From contig OZ244559.1 of the NCBI GenBank assembly GCA_965217675.1, forward strand, positions 2,131,979 through 2,195,978: a stretch of DNA of 64,000 nucleotides, given 5' to 3'. A program made the position numbers and the translations under genes. Source of the DNA: Dehalococcoidia bacterium. Lineage in GTDB: Bacteria > Chloroflexota > Dehalococcoidia > Lucifugimonadales > UBA1127. The notes beneath the pieces were generated by a model. The model saw only the letters and a program-made list of their open reading frames with translations. It made no database searches and had not been told where the DNA came from. This document shows, in pieces, positions 1-9,550 of this stretch (positions within the stretch are counted from its first letter, which is position 1; each line of letters begins with the position of its first letter).

Positions 1-105
1 GACGACGCCGTCACCCACTACGAGCACGGCGTCCTCTTCGTCACCCTGCCCAAGGCCGAGGAGAAGAAGGCCCGGCGCCTCGAAATAGGCACGCCTGCCG
101 CTTAA
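1..105 (+). CDS. Hsp20/alpha-crystallin family small heat-shock protein, C-terminal end only (gene starts upstream of window)
   Basis: Frame 1 open from base 1 to TAA 103-105; reads DDAVTHYEHGVLFVTLPKAEEKKARRLEIGTPAA. The GVL-V-LPK strand plus short basic tail is the usual Hsp20 C-terminus. Confidence 0.6.
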   Translation, partial: DDAVTHYEHGVLFVTLPKAEEKKARRLEIGTPAA

Positions 106-127
106 GCGCCGGACGTGACCGGCAACG

Positions 128-157
128 AAAACGGGGCCCCAATTGGGGCCCCGTTTC
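128..157. terminator. Bidirectional intrinsic terminator hairpin between convergent hsp20 and ABC ATPase genes
   Basis: AAACGGGGCCCC-AATT-GGGGCCCCGTTT, perfect 12-bp stem (129-156) with A/T runs on both sides. Confidence 0.65.
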
Positions 158-177
158 ATTTGGACTCAGGCTACTAC

Positions 178-1167
178 CTAAGGGCGCAAGTCCCCCTCCG
201 GATCCATGGGGTTGAAGCAGGCGACGAAGTGGTCATCGTACATCTCGACCAGCCCCGGCTTGGGGTTGACGCGGCACGTCACCATCGCCTTGTGGCACCG
301 CGCGAGGAAGGGGCACTCGTCCGGCAGGTCCATCATGTCCGGCGGCTGCCCCGGAATCGACTGCAGCTTCTGCTGCTTCACGTCGATCCGCGGCAGGCTC
401 TGCAGCAGCGCGTGGGTGTACGGATTCGTCGGGCGCACAAAGAGCTCCCGCGCCGTTGCCCGCTCCATGATTGAGCCCGCGTATATAACGGCAACCTCAT
501 CAGCGACGCGGCTCACCACAGCCAGGTCGTGCGTAATGTAGAGGATGGCCGTGCCGTTCTGCTTCTGCAAGCCCCGCAGCCTTGCCAGGATCTCCGCCTG
601 GATGGTGACGTCCAGGTTGGCGGTGGGCTCGTCGGCGACAATAATCTTGGGGTTGAGCGCCAGGGCCATCGCCAGCATGATCCGCTGCGCCTGACCGCCG
701 CTGACCTGATAGGGGTACCGCTTCATCATCTCCTGGGCGTCCGGCAACCCCATGTCTCGCAGCAGGTCAACAGCCAGCCGCTCCGCCTGCTTGCGACCCA
801 TCGCCAAATGCCCTTCCAGCGCCTCTACCATCTGGTTGTCAATGCGCAGCGTCGGGTTCAGCGCGGCGTTCGCGTCCTGCAGCACAATGCCGATCTCCTT
901 GCCCCGGATCTGCTGCAACTCAATCTCGGTCATCTGCATCAGGTCTCGGCCGTTCAGCAGCACCTCGCCGCCGACGACCTCGCCCGGGAAGGGCATCAGC
1001 CGCACAAGGGACAGCGCCAGCGTGCTCTTGCCGGAGCCACTTTCCCCCACCAGGCCAAGAACCTGGCCCTCCTCCAGCGTGAAGCTCACCCCGTTGACGG
1101 CCCTCACCGTCCCCAGCCGGGTGACATAGTGTGTGTGCAAATTGCGGACTTCCAGCAATGGGGGCAT
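178..1167 (-). CDS. ABC transporter ATP-binding protein, oligopeptide/dipeptide/nickel (OppD/F-DppD/F) type
   Basis: 329-aa ORF. Walker A GESGSGKST, signature VSGGQAQR, Walker B IIVADEPT, and the C-terminal Cys-containing tail typical of Opp/Dpp ATPases (ECPFLARCHKAMVTC). Confidence 0.9.
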   Translation of the reverse strand: MPPLLEVRNLHTHYVTRLGTVRAVNGVSFTLEEGQVLGLVGESGSGKSTLALSLVRLMPFPGEVVGGEVLLNGRDLMQMTEIELQQIRGKEIGIVLQDANAALNPTLRIDNQMVEALEGHLAMGRKQAERLAVDLLRDMGLPDAQEMMKRYPYQVSGGQAQRIMLAMALALNPKIIVADEPTANLDVTIQAEILARLRGLQKQNGTAILYITHDLAVVSRVADEVAVIYAGSIMERATARELFVRPTNPYTHALLQSLPRIDVKQQKLQSIPGQPPDMMDLPDECPFLARCHKAMVTCRVNPKPGLVEMYDDHFVACFNPMDPEGDLRP

Positions 1168-1324
1168 AACGCGCGGTTACCTCTACGCTCTTGTGGTGAA
1201 TCTGACTGTCGATGGGGGTGTGGTGAGTCGGCTAAGTGTTGCAGCAGCCCTAGGCAAAGTCAAGGCTGCCCGTCATGCCGGGGTGCCCGTCGCGCCGCAG
1301 GGGGTTCACGGCAACCTGCGTGCC

Positions 1325-1353
1325 TTTACTGTGGCTATGGCCGTCCATATAAT
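1325..1353 (+). promoter_or_regulatory. Candidate sigma70-type promoter for def-cca-secDF
   Basis: TTTACT (1325-1330), 17-nt spacer, TATAAT (1348-1353), about 40 nt upstream of the def start. Confidence 0.4.
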
Positions 1354-1392
1354 GGATGAGTTGTAATCTGCACAACATTCGTGAGGGCAGGC

Positions 1393-1953
1393 TTGGACGT
1401 TCGACCCATCTGCCAGTTCCCGGAGCCCGTGCTGACGCGCAAGACCCTCAAGGTCAATAGCTTCGACGCGACGCTGCCGCCGCTGGTTGAGGAAATGATA
1501 GAAGCCATGCGGGGGGCCAACGGCGTCGGTCTCGCAGCCAACCAGATAGGTGTGCCGCTCATGCTATGCGTCATAGAGATCCCGGAGGAGGAAGCCGTCC
1601 GCGTGTTCGTGAACCCAGAGCTCGTATCACAGGAAGGTGAGCGCCGCCTGTATGAGGGCTGTCTCAGTGTCGCCGGGTACCAGGGGGTGGTGAGCCGGTC
1701 TCAGAAGGTGAAGGTCCGCTACCAGGACCTGCAGGGCCGCAAGCACCGGCTTACGGCGAAGGACAGCCTGCTTGCCCAAGCCCTGGAACACGAGATCGGC
1801 CACCTGAACGGACACCTCTACCTGGAGCACCTGGTGGCCAAGGATGCCATCTGGAGGCTGTCGGAGGGGCCGCCGCCACAGTACGAACGGGAACACACCG
1901 ATGAGCCGGAAGACGACGAAGCGCCGGACGACGGCCCATCGACAGAGAAATAA
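1393..1953 (+). CDS. def: Peptide deformylase
   Basis: Three Def motifs: GVGLAANQIG, EGCLS, HEIGHLNG. TTG 1393 has GAGGG 5 nt upstream; the ORF-track start GTG 1381 is in the same frame. Confidence 0.9.
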   Translation: MDVRPICQFPEPVLTRKTLKVNSFDATLPPLVEEMIEAMRGANGVGLAANQIGVPLMLCVIEIPEEEAVRVFVNPELVSQEGERRLYEGCLSVAGYQGVVSRSQKVKVRYQDLQGRKHRLTAKDSLLAQALEHEIGHLNGHLYLEHLVAKDAIWRLSEGPPPQYEREHTDEPEDDEAPDDGPSTEK

Positions 1954-1981
1954 CCAGCAGCCCCGTCAAGAAAGGACTTCA

Positions 1982-3457
1982 TTGGACCTTCTACCGCGCC
2001 TTCGCGCGCACTGTGCCGCCGCCGGAGTACAGGCGTACCTCCTCGGCGGCTATGTTCGTGATGCGCTGCTGGGCCGAGCCACGCATGACATCGACCTTGC
2101 CGTGCCCGACGACGCCGAGGCGCTGGCGCAGGGGATTGCCAGGGCGTTTGGCGGGACCTCCGTCCCCCTCGACCCCGAGCGCGGCATCCACCGCGTCGCC
2201 GGCATTCCCTCCGGCCCCACCAAGTGGCGCGTCGACGTCTCCACCTTGCAGGGCAGCATTGACGATGACCTGCGTATGCGCGACTTCACCGTGGACGCCA
2301 TCGCTGTCACGCTCGCCGACACCGCCGAGCCGGTTTTCGAGTGGCCGCTCGTCGACCCCACCGGCGGCGTAGACGACCTGCGCGCCGGCATCATTCGCCA
2401 GACTTCGCCCGGCGTCCTTGCAGAGGACCCCTTGCGACTTTTGCGCGCCGTGCGCATCGCGGCCAAGACGGGTTTTGCCGTGGACGAGGACACGGAGCAA
2501 GCCGTCCGCGACCATGCCCCTCTGCTGGCCAACGTCTCCGCGGAACGCGTCCGTGAGGAGCTGCTCACAATCCTTTCGCTCCCGCATGTGGGCAAATCGC
2601 TAGAGATGCTGGACGAACTGGGCTTGATGGATGTCGTACTGCCGGAGCTTGCGCCCGCCCGCGGTGTAACGCAGCCGGTCGAGCACCACTGGGACGTCTT
2701 CTACCACACACTCCACTGCGTCGATTTCGCGGAACGTGTGCTCGACGCCGACTTCCGCGACACTGACCCGGCCGGCCGGCGCGTCCCATGGCCCGATTGG
2801 GCGGACGACTACTTCGCGGAAGAGTATGCCGACGGCCACACGCGGGCCACATTCCTGAAGCTCGCCTGCCTGCTGCATGACGTCGCCAAGCCGGAGACCA
2901 AGTCTGTGCAACCCAACGGTCGTGTGCGCTTCCTGGGCCACCCGGTTAAAGGCGCGACGACGGCGCGTAATGTTCTGCGCCGCCTGCGCACCAGCGGAAA
3001 GGCCCGCGAGGCGGTCGCCGTCATGGTCGAGCAGCACCTTCGTCCAAGCCAACTGGCACAGCGCGGTGAGATGCCCACGGCCCGCGCAATCTACCGCTAC
3101 TTCCGTGACCTGAATGACGTGGCGGTCGATACTCTCTACCTATGCATGGCCGACTACCTGGCAGCCCGCGGCCCTGATCTAGATCTGGAGGACTGGGCAC
3201 AGCACTGTGAGCGCATCCAGTTCACGCTGGACGAGGGCAGGGCCCAAAAGGCCCCGCAGCGCCGGGAGCGGCTACTGACCGGCCATGACCTGATGACGCT
3301 GTTCAATCTGCCCTCCGGCCCGGAGCTGCGCCCCCTACTGGAAATGGTGCAGGAGTCCGGCGCCGCGGGCGAGGTCAAAACTCGAGCAGAGGCGGTGACC
3401 CTAGTGAGTCAAGTATTGGGAAGACCCCCGGCCAGCGTGGAGGCGGGACATGGCTAA
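1982..3457 (+). CDS. cca: CCA-adding tRNA nucleotidyltransferase / poly(A) polymerase family with HD domain
   Basis: LLGGYVRDALLG...HDIDLAV nucleotidyltransferase head and HD-type motif LLHDVAKP. TTG 1982 has AAAGGA 5 nt upstream. Alternative ATG 1901 would overlap def by 53 nt; the ORF-track start 1844 is unlikely. Confidence 0.8.
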   Translation: MDLLPRLRAHCAAAGVQAYLLGGYVRDALLGRATHDIDLAVPDDAEALAQGIARAFGGTSVPLDPERGIHRVAGIPSGPTKWRVDVSTLQGSIDDDLRMRDFTVDAIAVTLADTAEPVFEWPLVDPTGGVDDLRAGIIRQTSPGVLAEDPLRLLRAVRIAAKTGFAVDEDTEQAVRDHAPLLANVSAERVREELLTILSLPHVGKSLEMLDELGLMDVVLPELAPARGVTQPVEHHWDVFYHTLHCVDFAERVLDADFRDTDPAGRRVPWPDWADDYFAEEYADGHTRATFLKLACLLHDVAKPETKSVQPNGRVRFLGHPVKGATTARNVLRRLRTSGKAREAVAVMVEQHLRPSQLAQRGEMPTARAIYRYFRDLNDVAVDTLYLCMADYLAARGPDLDLEDWAQHCERIQFTLDEGRAQKAPQRRERLLTGHDLMTLFNLPSGPELRPLLEMVQESGAAGEVKTRAEAVTLVSQVLGRPPASVEAGHG

Positions 3458-4817
3458 CAAGGACGTTCGCAGGCTGGCCCTCATTGTCATCCTCGTCGCG
3501 CTTGCGGCTTGGGCGCTTGCCGTTCAGACTTACTCCATAGACATATTCAGCTTCAACTTTACCCGCGGTGACGACGATGGCCCCCTCGGGCTGACCCTCG
3601 GGTTGGACCTGCAGGGCGGTGTTCAGCTCATCTACGAGGCCGTCGAGGAAGGAGTCACCGGGTCCCAGATGGCAGGCGTGCAGGAGAAGATCGAGCGCCG
3701 CACCAACTCCTTTGGCGTCACGGAGCCGAGCATTCAGCTGCTGGGCGAGAACCGCATCCTTATCCAGCTGCCCGGTGTGGAGGACGTAGAAGAAGCCAAG
3801 CGCCTCATCGGTTCGACCGGCAAGTTGGAGTTCAAGGAGCGCATCTGTGTCGACCCCGCCTGCACGGAATTCTCCGACCAGGACATCGGCCTGACGGGTG
3901 AGCTCCTCTCCCGCGCCTACGCCGGCACGCACCCGACCACCGGGAACCCCATCGTTAACCTGGAGTTCAACGCGGAGGGTGCGCGGCTCTTCGCCGAGTC
4001 CACCTCACGTATCGCCGGCACCAACAACCGCACCGCCATCTTCATAGACGAAGACGAGATCGTCGCGCCCGTTGCGCGTCAGCCCATCCTCGGTGGCCAA
4101 GCTTTCATCGAGGGCCCGGACTTCACCTTCGAGCGCGTGCGCACCATTGCCATCCAGCTGGAGGAGGGCCGCCTCGACACACCCATCGCCGTGATCTCCG
4201 AGCACAACGTCGACGCCACCCTCGGCGAGGAATCGCTTAACCGGAGCCTCGTTGCAGGGATGATAGGCTTCGGCCTAGTGGTGCTCTTTATGGTGCTCTA
4301 CTATCGGGTCCCAGGGGTGATGGCCAGCCTTGCCCTCATCTGCTACATCGTCCTCGTCATGTTCATCGTCAAGCTGGTGCCCGTGACGCTGACCCTCGCG
4401 GGCATCGCTGGCTTCATCCTTTCCATCGGTGTGGCGGTCGACGCCAACATCCTCATATCGGAGCGCACCAAAGAGGAGCTCCGCACGGGCCGGGCGCTGC
4501 TTGGCGCCATCAGCACGGGCTTCAACCGAGCGTGGCCCGCCATCCTCAACAGCAACGTCGCAACCATGATCACCTGCGCCATCCTCTTCTGGTTCGGCTC
4601 CCGTTTCGGCGCCAGCGCCGTTACCGGATTCGCCGTCACGCTCTTCATCGGCGTTGCGACCAGCATGTTCACCGCCGTAATCATCAGCCAAACGCTGCTG
4701 CGTATTCTGGCAATGACGCCCCTGTCCCGGCACACCGGCCTTTTCTCGCCGGTCCCGGGCAGGACGTCCACTGCGGGTCCTGGCCGAAGGTCCCAGGCCC
4801 AAGGAGGGAGAGGGTAG
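3450..4817 (+). CDS. secD: Protein translocase subunit SecD
   Basis: 455 aa. N-terminal TM helix, GLDLQGG periplasmic-domain motif, C-terminal multi-TM block. ATG overlaps the cca stop by 8 nt, with GGAGG upstream. Confidence 0.9.
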   Translation: MANKDVRRLALIVILVALAAWALAVQTYSIDIFSFNFTRGDDDGPLGLTLGLDLQGGVQLIYEAVEEGVTGSQMAGVQEKIERRTNSFGVTEPSIQLLGENRILIQLPGVEDVEEAKRLIGSTGKLEFKERICVDPACTEFSDQDIGLTGELLSRAYAGTHPTTGNPIVNLEFNAEGARLFAESTSRIAGTNNRTAIFIDEDEIVAPVARQPILGGQAFIEGPDFTFERVRTIAIQLEEGRLDTPIAVISEHNVDATLGEESLNRSLVAGMIGFGLVVLFMVLYYRVPGVMASLALICYIVLVMFIVKLVPVTLTLAGIAGFILSIGVAVDANILISERTKEELRTGRALLGAISTGFNRAWPAILNSNVATMITCAILFWFGSRFGASAVTGFAVTLFIGVATSMFTAVIISQTLLRILAMTPLSRHTGLFSPVPGRTSTAGPGRRSQAQGGRG

Positions 4818-4820
4818 GCT

Positions 4821-5762
4821 ATGGACATTGTAGGCAAGCGTAAATGGTTCTTCATGCTCTCCGCCATCGTCATCCTGGCGGGCATCATCAGCATGTCCAT
4901 CCCACCACGGTTCCAGGTTGGCATCGAGTTCGATGGCGGTTCCGCCCTCTCCATCACCTTTGTGGAAGGGGTGGATGAGTCCCGCGTACGCGAGATCATG
5001 GCGGACCTGGACCACAGCCAGGCTGTCGTCCAGCGCGTCGGCGACACCGGCATCCTCATCCGCACACGCACCCTCCAAAGTCCCGTAACCGAGGCCGACA
5101 TCTCCGAGCGCGAGACCATCGAGGCGCGACTTCAACAGGAGTTCGGCGCCATAGAGACCTCCGAGCTCTCCGCCGTCTCCGAGGTTGTGGCCAAGGAGAC
5201 CATCCGAAACGCCGGCATCGCCGTCGGCGTGGCCTCAGTCTTCATCATGCTCTACATCTCCTTTGCATTCCGACTCATGCCCAACTCCCTGCGGCTCGGC
5301 GCCGCCGCCATCGTAGCCGGCATCCATGACGTGCTCATCACCTTGGGCCTCTTCTCCATCTTGGGCAAGGTGATTGACCTTGAGGTCAACGCCATGTTTA
5401 TCACTGGCATCCTGACGGTGGTGGGTTATAGCGTCCACGACACCATCGTGGTGTTCGACCGCATCCGGGAGAACACCGCGCGGCGCATTTCGCGCGACTT
5501 CGGCACCACCATCAATGTCAGCATCATGGAGACCCTTGGCCGCTCCCTCACCACCAGCATCACCACGCTCACCGTGATCATCGCTCTGCTGCTGATGGGC
5601 GGCGGCACCATCCAGAGCCTGCTCTTCACGCTGCTCATCGGTGTCATCGTGGGGACGTACAGCTCCATCGGCATCGCGAGCCAGCTGTTGCTGGTGTGGG
5701 AGCAGCGCGGGTTGAACCCATTCCGCCGCGGCGCACCCGCGGAAGTGAGCACGAGAGGATAG
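4821..5762 (+). CDS. secF: Protein translocase subunit SecF
   Basis: 313 aa, starts 3 nt after secD. FDRIREN motif and six predicted TM segments. GGAGGGAGAGGG SD. Confidence 0.9.
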   Translation: MDIVGKRKWFFMLSAIVILAGIISMSIPPRFQVGIEFDGGSALSITFVEGVDESRVREIMADLDHSQAVVQRVGDTGILIRTRTLQSPVTEADISERETIEARLQQEFGAIETSELSAVSEVVAKETIRNAGIAVGVASVFIMLYISFAFRLMPNSLRLGAAAIVAGIHDVLITLGLFSILGKVIDLEVNAMFITGILTVVGYSVHDTIVVFDRIRENTARRISRDFGTTINVSIMETLGRSLTTSITTLTVIIALLLMGGGTIQSLLFTLLIGVIVGTYSSIGIASQLLLVWEQRGLNPFRRGAPAEVSTRG

Positions 5763-5800
5763 CGGCGCGCCGCCGATCCCGCCATACAGAGTGCAAAGCG

Positions 5801-5835
5801 AAGGGCCCCGCTCCCATGCAGGAGCGGGGCCCTTT
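5801..5835. terminator. Bidirectional terminator hairpin between secF (+) and dehydrogenase (-)
   Basis: AAGGGCCCCGCTCC-CATGCA-GGAGCGGGGCCCTT, 14-bp perfect stem. Confidence 0.6.
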
Positions 5836-5855
5836 CCGTCATTCAGAGGTGTGGG

Positions 5856-6965
5856 TTACGTCTCCATCCACGGGTCGATGCTGACGTGAATGGCGCCCGC
5901 CGCGCCGATGCCTCCCACGGAGTCGATGGCGTACGTGAGATCCTTGAGGCCGAAGTGGTGCGTGACGATCTCCTTGATGGGGTAGCGCCCGGAGGCGATG
6001 GTGTTGATGGCCCGCTCCACCGATGTGTAGGAGTGGCCGTGGCACCACTTCATGGTGAGGTTCTTGCGGCCCGTGCCACCCACGGAGATGGTCTCGTTGC
6101 CGGCAGCGGGCAGGCAGACAACTGCGTTGAACGCGGCCATGTCGATGCCTTCCTTCACCGTCTCGCGACCGCCGCCGGTGACGTTCACCACCACGTCCGC
6201 GCCGTGGCCGCCGGTGTAGTGCATCACCCGCTCCACCAGGTCCTCTGCCTCCACGTCCACGGTGTAGTCGGCGCCCATGCGCCGCGCGATCTCCAGGCGG
6301 TGCTCGTCACGGCCCATGCCGCTGACAATGATCATCGACGCTCCGGCCTCCCGCGCCGCGATGACCGCGGCCAACCCCTGCTGGCCCGGCCCCTGCACGA
6401 CGACGGTCTTGCCGATGGAGGCGCCGCCGTACTCGACGGCCCATTCGTACCCGTTGCCGAAGGGAAGGAAGAACGCGGCCTCCGAGGCGTCGACGTGGTC
6501 CGGGACCTTGTGCACCATGGCACCCGGGTGCATGTACATGTACTGGCTGTAGCCGCCCCAGAGAGCGGGCTCCACGTTGATGGGTGTGGAGCCATACCAA
6601 AGGCGGGGATTCTCGCCGGTGTGGCCGAAGGAGCTGGTCTGGGGGCAGAAGCGTGGGTACCCAGTGCGGCACAACTCGCAGGCGCCGCAGGGGACGTACT
6701 CCTCAAGGGCCACGCGGTCGCCTTCCTTCACGCCCCAGCGCTTGGAGGCCTCCTCCCCTATCTTGGCCACCCAGCCCAAATTCTCGTGGCCCATGATGCG
6801 CACGCCCTCACCCATCCGGTCGTAGCCGTGGACGTCGCTGCCGCAGATGCCGCAGCGCTCGACGCGCAGGAGCCCGCCGTCGGGGGGAATCTCGGGCAAG
6901 TCAAATTCGCGAATCTCAAACTTCCGGGGTTCTACCAAGACTGCTGCTGCTGACTTTTCAGCCAT
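5856..6965 (-). CDS. Zinc-dependent medium-chain alcohol/polyol dehydrogenase (MDR family)
   Basis: CGICGSDVH and GHENLG zinc motifs, GPGQQG Rossmann motif. ATG 6965 has GGAGGG 7 nt upstream; the ORF-track start 6995 lacks an SD. Confidence 0.85.
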   Translation of the reverse strand: MAEKSAAAVLVEPRKFEIREFDLPEIPPDGGLLRVERCGICGSDVHGYDRMGEGVRIMGHENLGWVAKIGEEASKRWGVKEGDRVALEEYVPCGACELCRTGYPRFCPQTSSFGHTGENPRLWYGSTPINVEPALWGGYSQYMYMHPGAMVHKVPDHVDASEAAFFLPFGNGYEWAVEYGGASIGKTVVVQGPGQQGLAAVIAAREAGASMIIVSGMGRDEHRLEIARRMGADYTVDVEAEDLVERVMHYTGGHGADVVVNVTGGGRETVKEGIDMAAFNAVVCLPAAGNETISVGGTGRKNLTMKWCHGHSYTSVERAINTIASGRYPIKEIVTHHFGLKDLTYAIDSVGGIGAAGAIHVSIDPWMET

Positions 6966-7076
6966 CACTGCCCTCCATTCCTTTTTGGTGTGCACCCCTC
7001 ACGTGCACACGTCCCCCCGTTCGCCCAAGAGCCGTAAACAGAGCGGGCGAGCCAAAGGGACGGTGTGTCTTCCGCC

Positions 7077-8366
7077 CTAGATGCGGGCTGCCAACCGGTC
7101 CGCCGCAGCCACGCGGTAGTCCTCATCTCGACTGACGAGCACAGACGCGGAGCGCACCTTGTAGCAATCCGGGTGGGTGGCAGCAAAGGACTCAATGCCC
7201 TCCTGCAGGTTGCGGCACTCCTTCAGCAGCCGGCGGCGGTAGGCGATGATGGCGCTGTCGCTGGAGCCGAGGTGCTCGCCGGCGCGCCACGTGAGGGCGC
7301 CCATGGACTCCTGCGTCCCCATGTCCTGCTCGCCGATGCCCTTGATGCCGGTGAAGGTGCGGTAGCGCTGCTCTTCCCGGTCGATGTTGTAGTCGTTGCT
7401 GCTGTTGCTCAGCGGCCGGTATTTGTGGTCCGTCAGCGCGTGGAGACCGTGGCCGCTCCAGTGCTCCTTGACCTCCTCCTCCGTGAAGGGACGATAGGGG
7501 TTCCAGGAAATGCTGAAGTTCCAGCAGTGGTAGTCGTCCAGCGGCACCCAGGCGTGTCCGCCAACCTGGTGGCCGGGCTCAATGGCGCCGGGGATCATCT
7601 GGAAGAAGGGCATAAGGAGTTGGGTGATGCGGAAGTAGTAACGGTTCTGATCGGCCTCGCGGCGGGCGGATATCAGAAGGCCGTAGTCCGTCTCGTCCAC
7701 CACGAACCGGGGAGACGTGTCCGTCGTCGTGAAGCCCAGCGGCTGACCGCCGCCTCTGCGGGCTGTGCGCTTTTCCGGGTTGTCGCGCATGAAAGGCGTG
7801 ACGCCGCTGTGCAGGAAGGAGATGTGGCTCGAGTCGATGCCGCCCTCGACGGACTGCACCCAGTTGCTTTCCTGCACTCGCTTGGAAATGACACGGTGGC
7901 TGTCAGGCAACTCCGCCCAGTCAATGCGGGGCAGCTCCGGCATGTGCTCGGCCGGGCCCATGTAGCACCAGATCAGGCCGCCGTATTCGCGGGCGGGGTA
8001 GGCCTTGATCTTGACCTTGTCCTTGAAGTTGGACTCAGCGGGCTCCGAGGGCATGTCGACGCAGTCGCCGTTCACGTTGTACTTCCAGCCGTGGTAGACG
8101 CAGCGCAGCCCGGATTCCTCGTTCCGACCGAAGAAGAGGCTGGCGCGGCGGTGCGGGCAGTAGTTGTCCACCACCCCAATTTCGCCGTTGGAGTCCTTGA
8201 ACGCGACCAACTCCTCGCCCAGCAGCGTGGTGCGGACCGGTGGACAGTCCGGCTCCGGCAACTCCTCGGGTAGGAGGAAGGGCAGCCAGAACCGTCGGAC
8301 GTATTCGCCCATGGGCGTGCCGGGACCAATTCGACACAAGTATTCGTTGTCGATGTCGCTCAACAT
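7077..8366 (-). CDS. Rieske [2Fe-2S] non-heme iron oxygenase, alpha-subunit type
   Basis: CPHRRASL...CVYHGWKY Rieske motif and EGGIDSSHISFLH mononuclear-iron motif. AAGAGGAGAG SD 7 nt upstream of the ATG. Confidence 0.9.
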   Translation of the reverse strand: MLSDIDNEYLCRIGPGTPMGEYVRRFWLPFLLPEELPEPDCPPVRTTLLGEELVAFKDSNGEIGVVDNYCPHRRASLFFGRNEESGLRCVYHGWKYNVNGDCVDMPSEPAESNFKDKVKIKAYPAREYGGLIWCYMGPAEHMPELPRIDWAELPDSHRVISKRVQESNWVQSVEGGIDSSHISFLHSGVTPFMRDNPEKRTARRGGGQPLGFTTTDTSPRFVVDETDYGLLISARREADQNRYYFRITQLLMPFFQMIPGAIEPGHQVGGHAWVPLDDYHCWNFSISWNPYRPFTEEEVKEHWSGHGLHALTDHKYRPLSNSSNDYNIDREEQRYRTFTGIKGIGEQDMGTQESMGALTWRAGEHLGSSDSAIIAYRRRLLKECRNLQEGIESFAATHPDCYKVRSASVLVSRDEDYRVAAADRLAARI

Positions 8367-8538
8367 AGTGGCACTCTCCTCTTTCCACTAACCGGAGCGC
8401 CCTGTGGCGCCCCACACGATTGCGGTATGATACTGCAAGGCGCGCGCGGTGTCACCTGGCGCGCCCGCGAGATTGCCACCGACCCAGCGGGTTGCGGTTG
8501 CTGATGGCCTTTGGCATGTTCGGGAATCCGAAAGGGGA

Positions 8539-9516
8539 ATGATCGAGGTGTCCACCCTGCTCGCCGTCAACGACCTGCGGACCTATTTCACCACCCAGGA
8601 GGGTGTGGTGAAGGCTGTCGACGGCATCAGCTACGACATCCAGGAGGGCGAGACCGTCGGCCTCGTCGGCGAAAGCGGCTGTGGCAAGAGCGTCAGCGCC
8701 CTCTCGCTGCTCCGCCTCGTGCAGGACCCGCCCGGCCGCATTGTCGGCGGCTCAGTCGAGTTCGAGGGCCGCGACCTGCTGGCGCTGAGCAACGCCGACA
8801 TGCGCGAGGTGCGCGGCAACGGCATCGCGATGGTCTTCCAGGAGCCCATGTCCTCGCTCAATCCTGTGCTCACCGTCGGACGGCAGATCACGGAGGCGCT
8901 GGAAGTCCACCTTCGCCTGCCCAGACGCGAGGCCGACTCACGCGCCGTCGAGCTCCTGCACATGGTCGGCATCCCCGACGCCGCCGACCGGCTGAAGAGC
9001 TACCCCCACCAGTTCAGCGGCGGCATGCGCCAGCGCGTGATGATTGCCATGGCCCTCAGTTGCAACCCCAGACTCGTCATCGCCGACGAGCCCACCACAG
9101 CCCTCGACGTCACCATTCAGGCACAGATCCTAGAACTGCTGCAGCGACTCTCGGCTGAGATGGGGACGGCCGTCCTCATCATCACCCACAACCTCGGCGT
9201 CATCGCCCGTTACGCCAGCCGCGTCAACGTCATGTATGCCGGCAAGATCGTCGAGAGCGGCACGGCAGAGGACCTCTTTCGCGACCCGCAACATCCGTAC
9301 ACCAGGGGCTTGCTGCAGTCCGTGCCGCGCCTTAACCAGGGCCGCGGCACATTGCTCTCGACCATCGAGGGCACGCCGCCGGACCTCGCGCACCTCCCCA
9401 CCGGCTGCGCTTTCCACCCCCGCTGCGCCTATGCCATCGACCAGTGTCGCGTCGAGACGCCCGCCCTGACGGTGCGGGCCCCGGGCCACACTGCCGCCTG
9501 CTGGGTCACGGGGTAG
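8539..9516 (+). CDS. ABC transporter ATP-binding protein, oligopeptide/dipeptide/nickel type
   Basis: Walker [10 protein letters not shown], signature FSGGMRQR, Walker [10 protein letters not shown]-terminal [15 protein letters not shown] tail. The N-terminal 30 aa of the ORF-track call (8449) look non-coding. Confidence 0.9.
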   Translation: MIEVSTLLAVNDLRTYFTTQEGVVKAVDGISYDIQEGETVGLVGESGCGKSVSALSLLRLVQDPPGRIVGGSVEFEGRDLLALSNADMREVRGNGIAMVFQEPMSSLNPVLTVGRQITEALEVHLRLPRREADSRAVELLHMVGIPDAADRLKSYPHQFSGGMRQRVMIAMALSCNPRLVIADEPTTALDVTIQAQILELLQRLSAEMGTAVLIITHNLGVIARYASRVNVMYAGKIVESGTAEDLFRDPQHPYTRGLLQSVPRLNQGRGTLLSTIEGTPPDLAHLPTGCAFHPRCAYAIDQCRVETPALTVRAPGHTAACWVTG

Positions 9517-9550
9517 GGGCACGCGAAACCCGATGGCGACGGAGGAGAAC

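Noticed and set aside
7065-8273. 402-aa plus-strand ORF opposite the Rieske oxygenase
   Set aside because: The Rieske and iron motifs are on the minus strand. The plus frame is an Ala/Val/Gly-rich shadow ORF.
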